From assembly GCF_001194135.2 (NCBI RefSeq), contig NC_068999.1:23671336-23735335 (forward strand): a stretch of 64,000 bases of DNA. The letters are read 5' to 3'. The translations under genes and the position numbers were made by a program. The notes beneath the pieces are model-generated. The model searched no databases, was not told the DNA's origin, and was given only the letters and a program-made list of their open reading frames with translations. The first letter of the stretch is position 1. Every line of letters begins with the position of its first letter. Positions 63,018-64,000 of this stretch are shown one piece after another. The DNA comes from Octopus bimaculoides (taxonomy: Eukaryota).

Positions 63018-63235
63018 AATAATCTTTTCTACTAAAGGCACAATCCCTGAAATTTATTGAGGAGGGGACTAGTTGATTACATCAACCCCAGTGCTTCAGT
63101 GGTACTTAATTTATTGACTCCAAAAAGATGAAAAGCAAAGTTGATCTCAGCAGATTTTGAACTCATAATGTACAGGCGGATAAAATGCACTAAGCATTTT
63201 TCTTGGCATGCTAACTATTCTGCCAGCTCGCCGTC
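62715..63235 (-). mobile_element. Head-to-tail dimer of S3 SINEs joined by an (AAT)n(GAT)n microsatellite
   Basis: Two reverse S3 copies (62715-62900 and 63021-63235) separated by the repeat at 62901-63020. Confidence 0.7.
62901..63020. repeat. Compound (AAT)n(GAT)n microsatellite
   Basis: Direct reading. Confidence 0.95.
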
Positions 63236-63261
63236 TTAACAACAACAGTCATAATAATCAT

Positions 63262-63445
63262 GGCATTCCGTCAGTTATGATGACAAGGGTTCTAGTTGAT
63301 CCGATCAATGGAACAGCCTGCTTGTGAAATTAACGTGCAAGTGGCTGAGCACTCCACACACACATGTACCCTTAACATAGTTCTCGGGGAGAATCAGCAT
63401 GACACAGAGTGTGACAAGGCTGGCCCTTTGAAATACAGGTACAAC
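63262..63445 (-). mobile_element. SINE family S4, 3' half
   Basis: Reverse complement of the 21450-21590 segment. Confidence 0.7.
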
Positions 63446-63559
63446 AGAAACAGGAAGAAAGAGTGAGAGAAAGTTGTGGTGAAAGAATACAGTAGGGCTT
63501 GCTACCATTCCCTGCTGGAGCCTCATGGAGATTTAGGTGTTTTCACTCAATAAACGCTG

Positions 63560-64000
63560 ACAATGACAGCCTTTGAGAAAGAGGAAAGAACTCCTTGTCA
63601 AAACAAAACTCCAGAAGGAAACCAAAACTTTCAGACTTCATCGGACTCCTACGCGAATTGTTAGAAAGGATCACAAAATTACAGCTCCCAAAATTACTGC
63701 AGAGCTTAATGATCACCTCAAGAACCCAGTTTCCATAAAAGCTGTTCGCTGGGAGCTGCACAAAGCTGAATTTCACAGGAGGTCTGTAATCAGAAAACCA
63801 CTACTTTCAAAAACAAACATTGCAAAGCATTCAGAGTGGAGTAAAAACCTACAGAATTGGTCCCTAGAGCAGTGGAAGAATGTTATTTTCTTGGATGAAT
63901 CGCCCTTTATTTTATTTCCGACCACCGGCCGAGTATACGTGTGGAGACAGCCAAAAGAAGCATTTGACCCAGATTGCATTCTTCCAACTGTTCAATATGA
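63560..64000 (+). mobile_element. Tc1-like transposase fragment (second HTH and first catalytic Asp), runs off the window
   Basis: From 63642 an open frame reads RTPTRIVRKDHKITAPKITAELN...RKPLLSK.NI..W..W..EQWKNVIFLDES..GRVYVWRQP.EAFDPDC..PTV; one frameshift near 63635. Confidence 0.88.

Noticed and set aside
1-64000. CRISPR arrays, rRNA genes, bona fide tRNA genes, prokaryotic operons
   Set aside because: None seen; the sequence is eukaryotic, intron-containing DNA and its regular repeats are microsatellites or transposon-derived.

Overview
AT-rich, repeat-dense animal genomic DNA with scaffold gaps. The SINE, RTE-LINE and microsatellite content looks cephalopod (octopus-like), which is an inference. 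It holds one protein-coding gene on the + strand, a SHANK/ProSAP postsynaptic scaffold homologue. I rebuilt it by hand as six in-phase GT-AG exons, join(6091..7325,28364..28437,29426..29547,30510..30681,31656..31745,33770..37083) = 5007 nt, 1668 aa. The architecture is a novel 411-aa N-terminus, PDZ, proline-rich region and SAM; no ankyrin or SH3 exons are visible, so this looks like an internal-promoter isoform. The rest is decayed mobile DNA: three Penelope-like (RT + GIY-YIG) remnants, RTE and CR1-like LINE fragments, hAT and Tc1 transposase relics, piggyBac/mariner/hAT MITEs, a probable solo LTR and many tRNA-derived SINEs. The most unusual items are (1) a hairpin element joining a tRNA-like Pol III head to a minimal hammerhead ribozyme (60.2-60.5 kb), (2) a second hairpin with a hammerhead motif in each arm (16.7-17.2 kb), (3) a high-identity ~220-bp inverted repeat enclosing the first PDZ exon, (4) a 233-bp templated inversion with an 18-bp target duplication inside the hAT relic, and (5) two ~75-bp direct-repeat pairs flanking inserted blocks. 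Exon coordinates and junction motifs were indexed by hand; most repeat boundaries are approximate.
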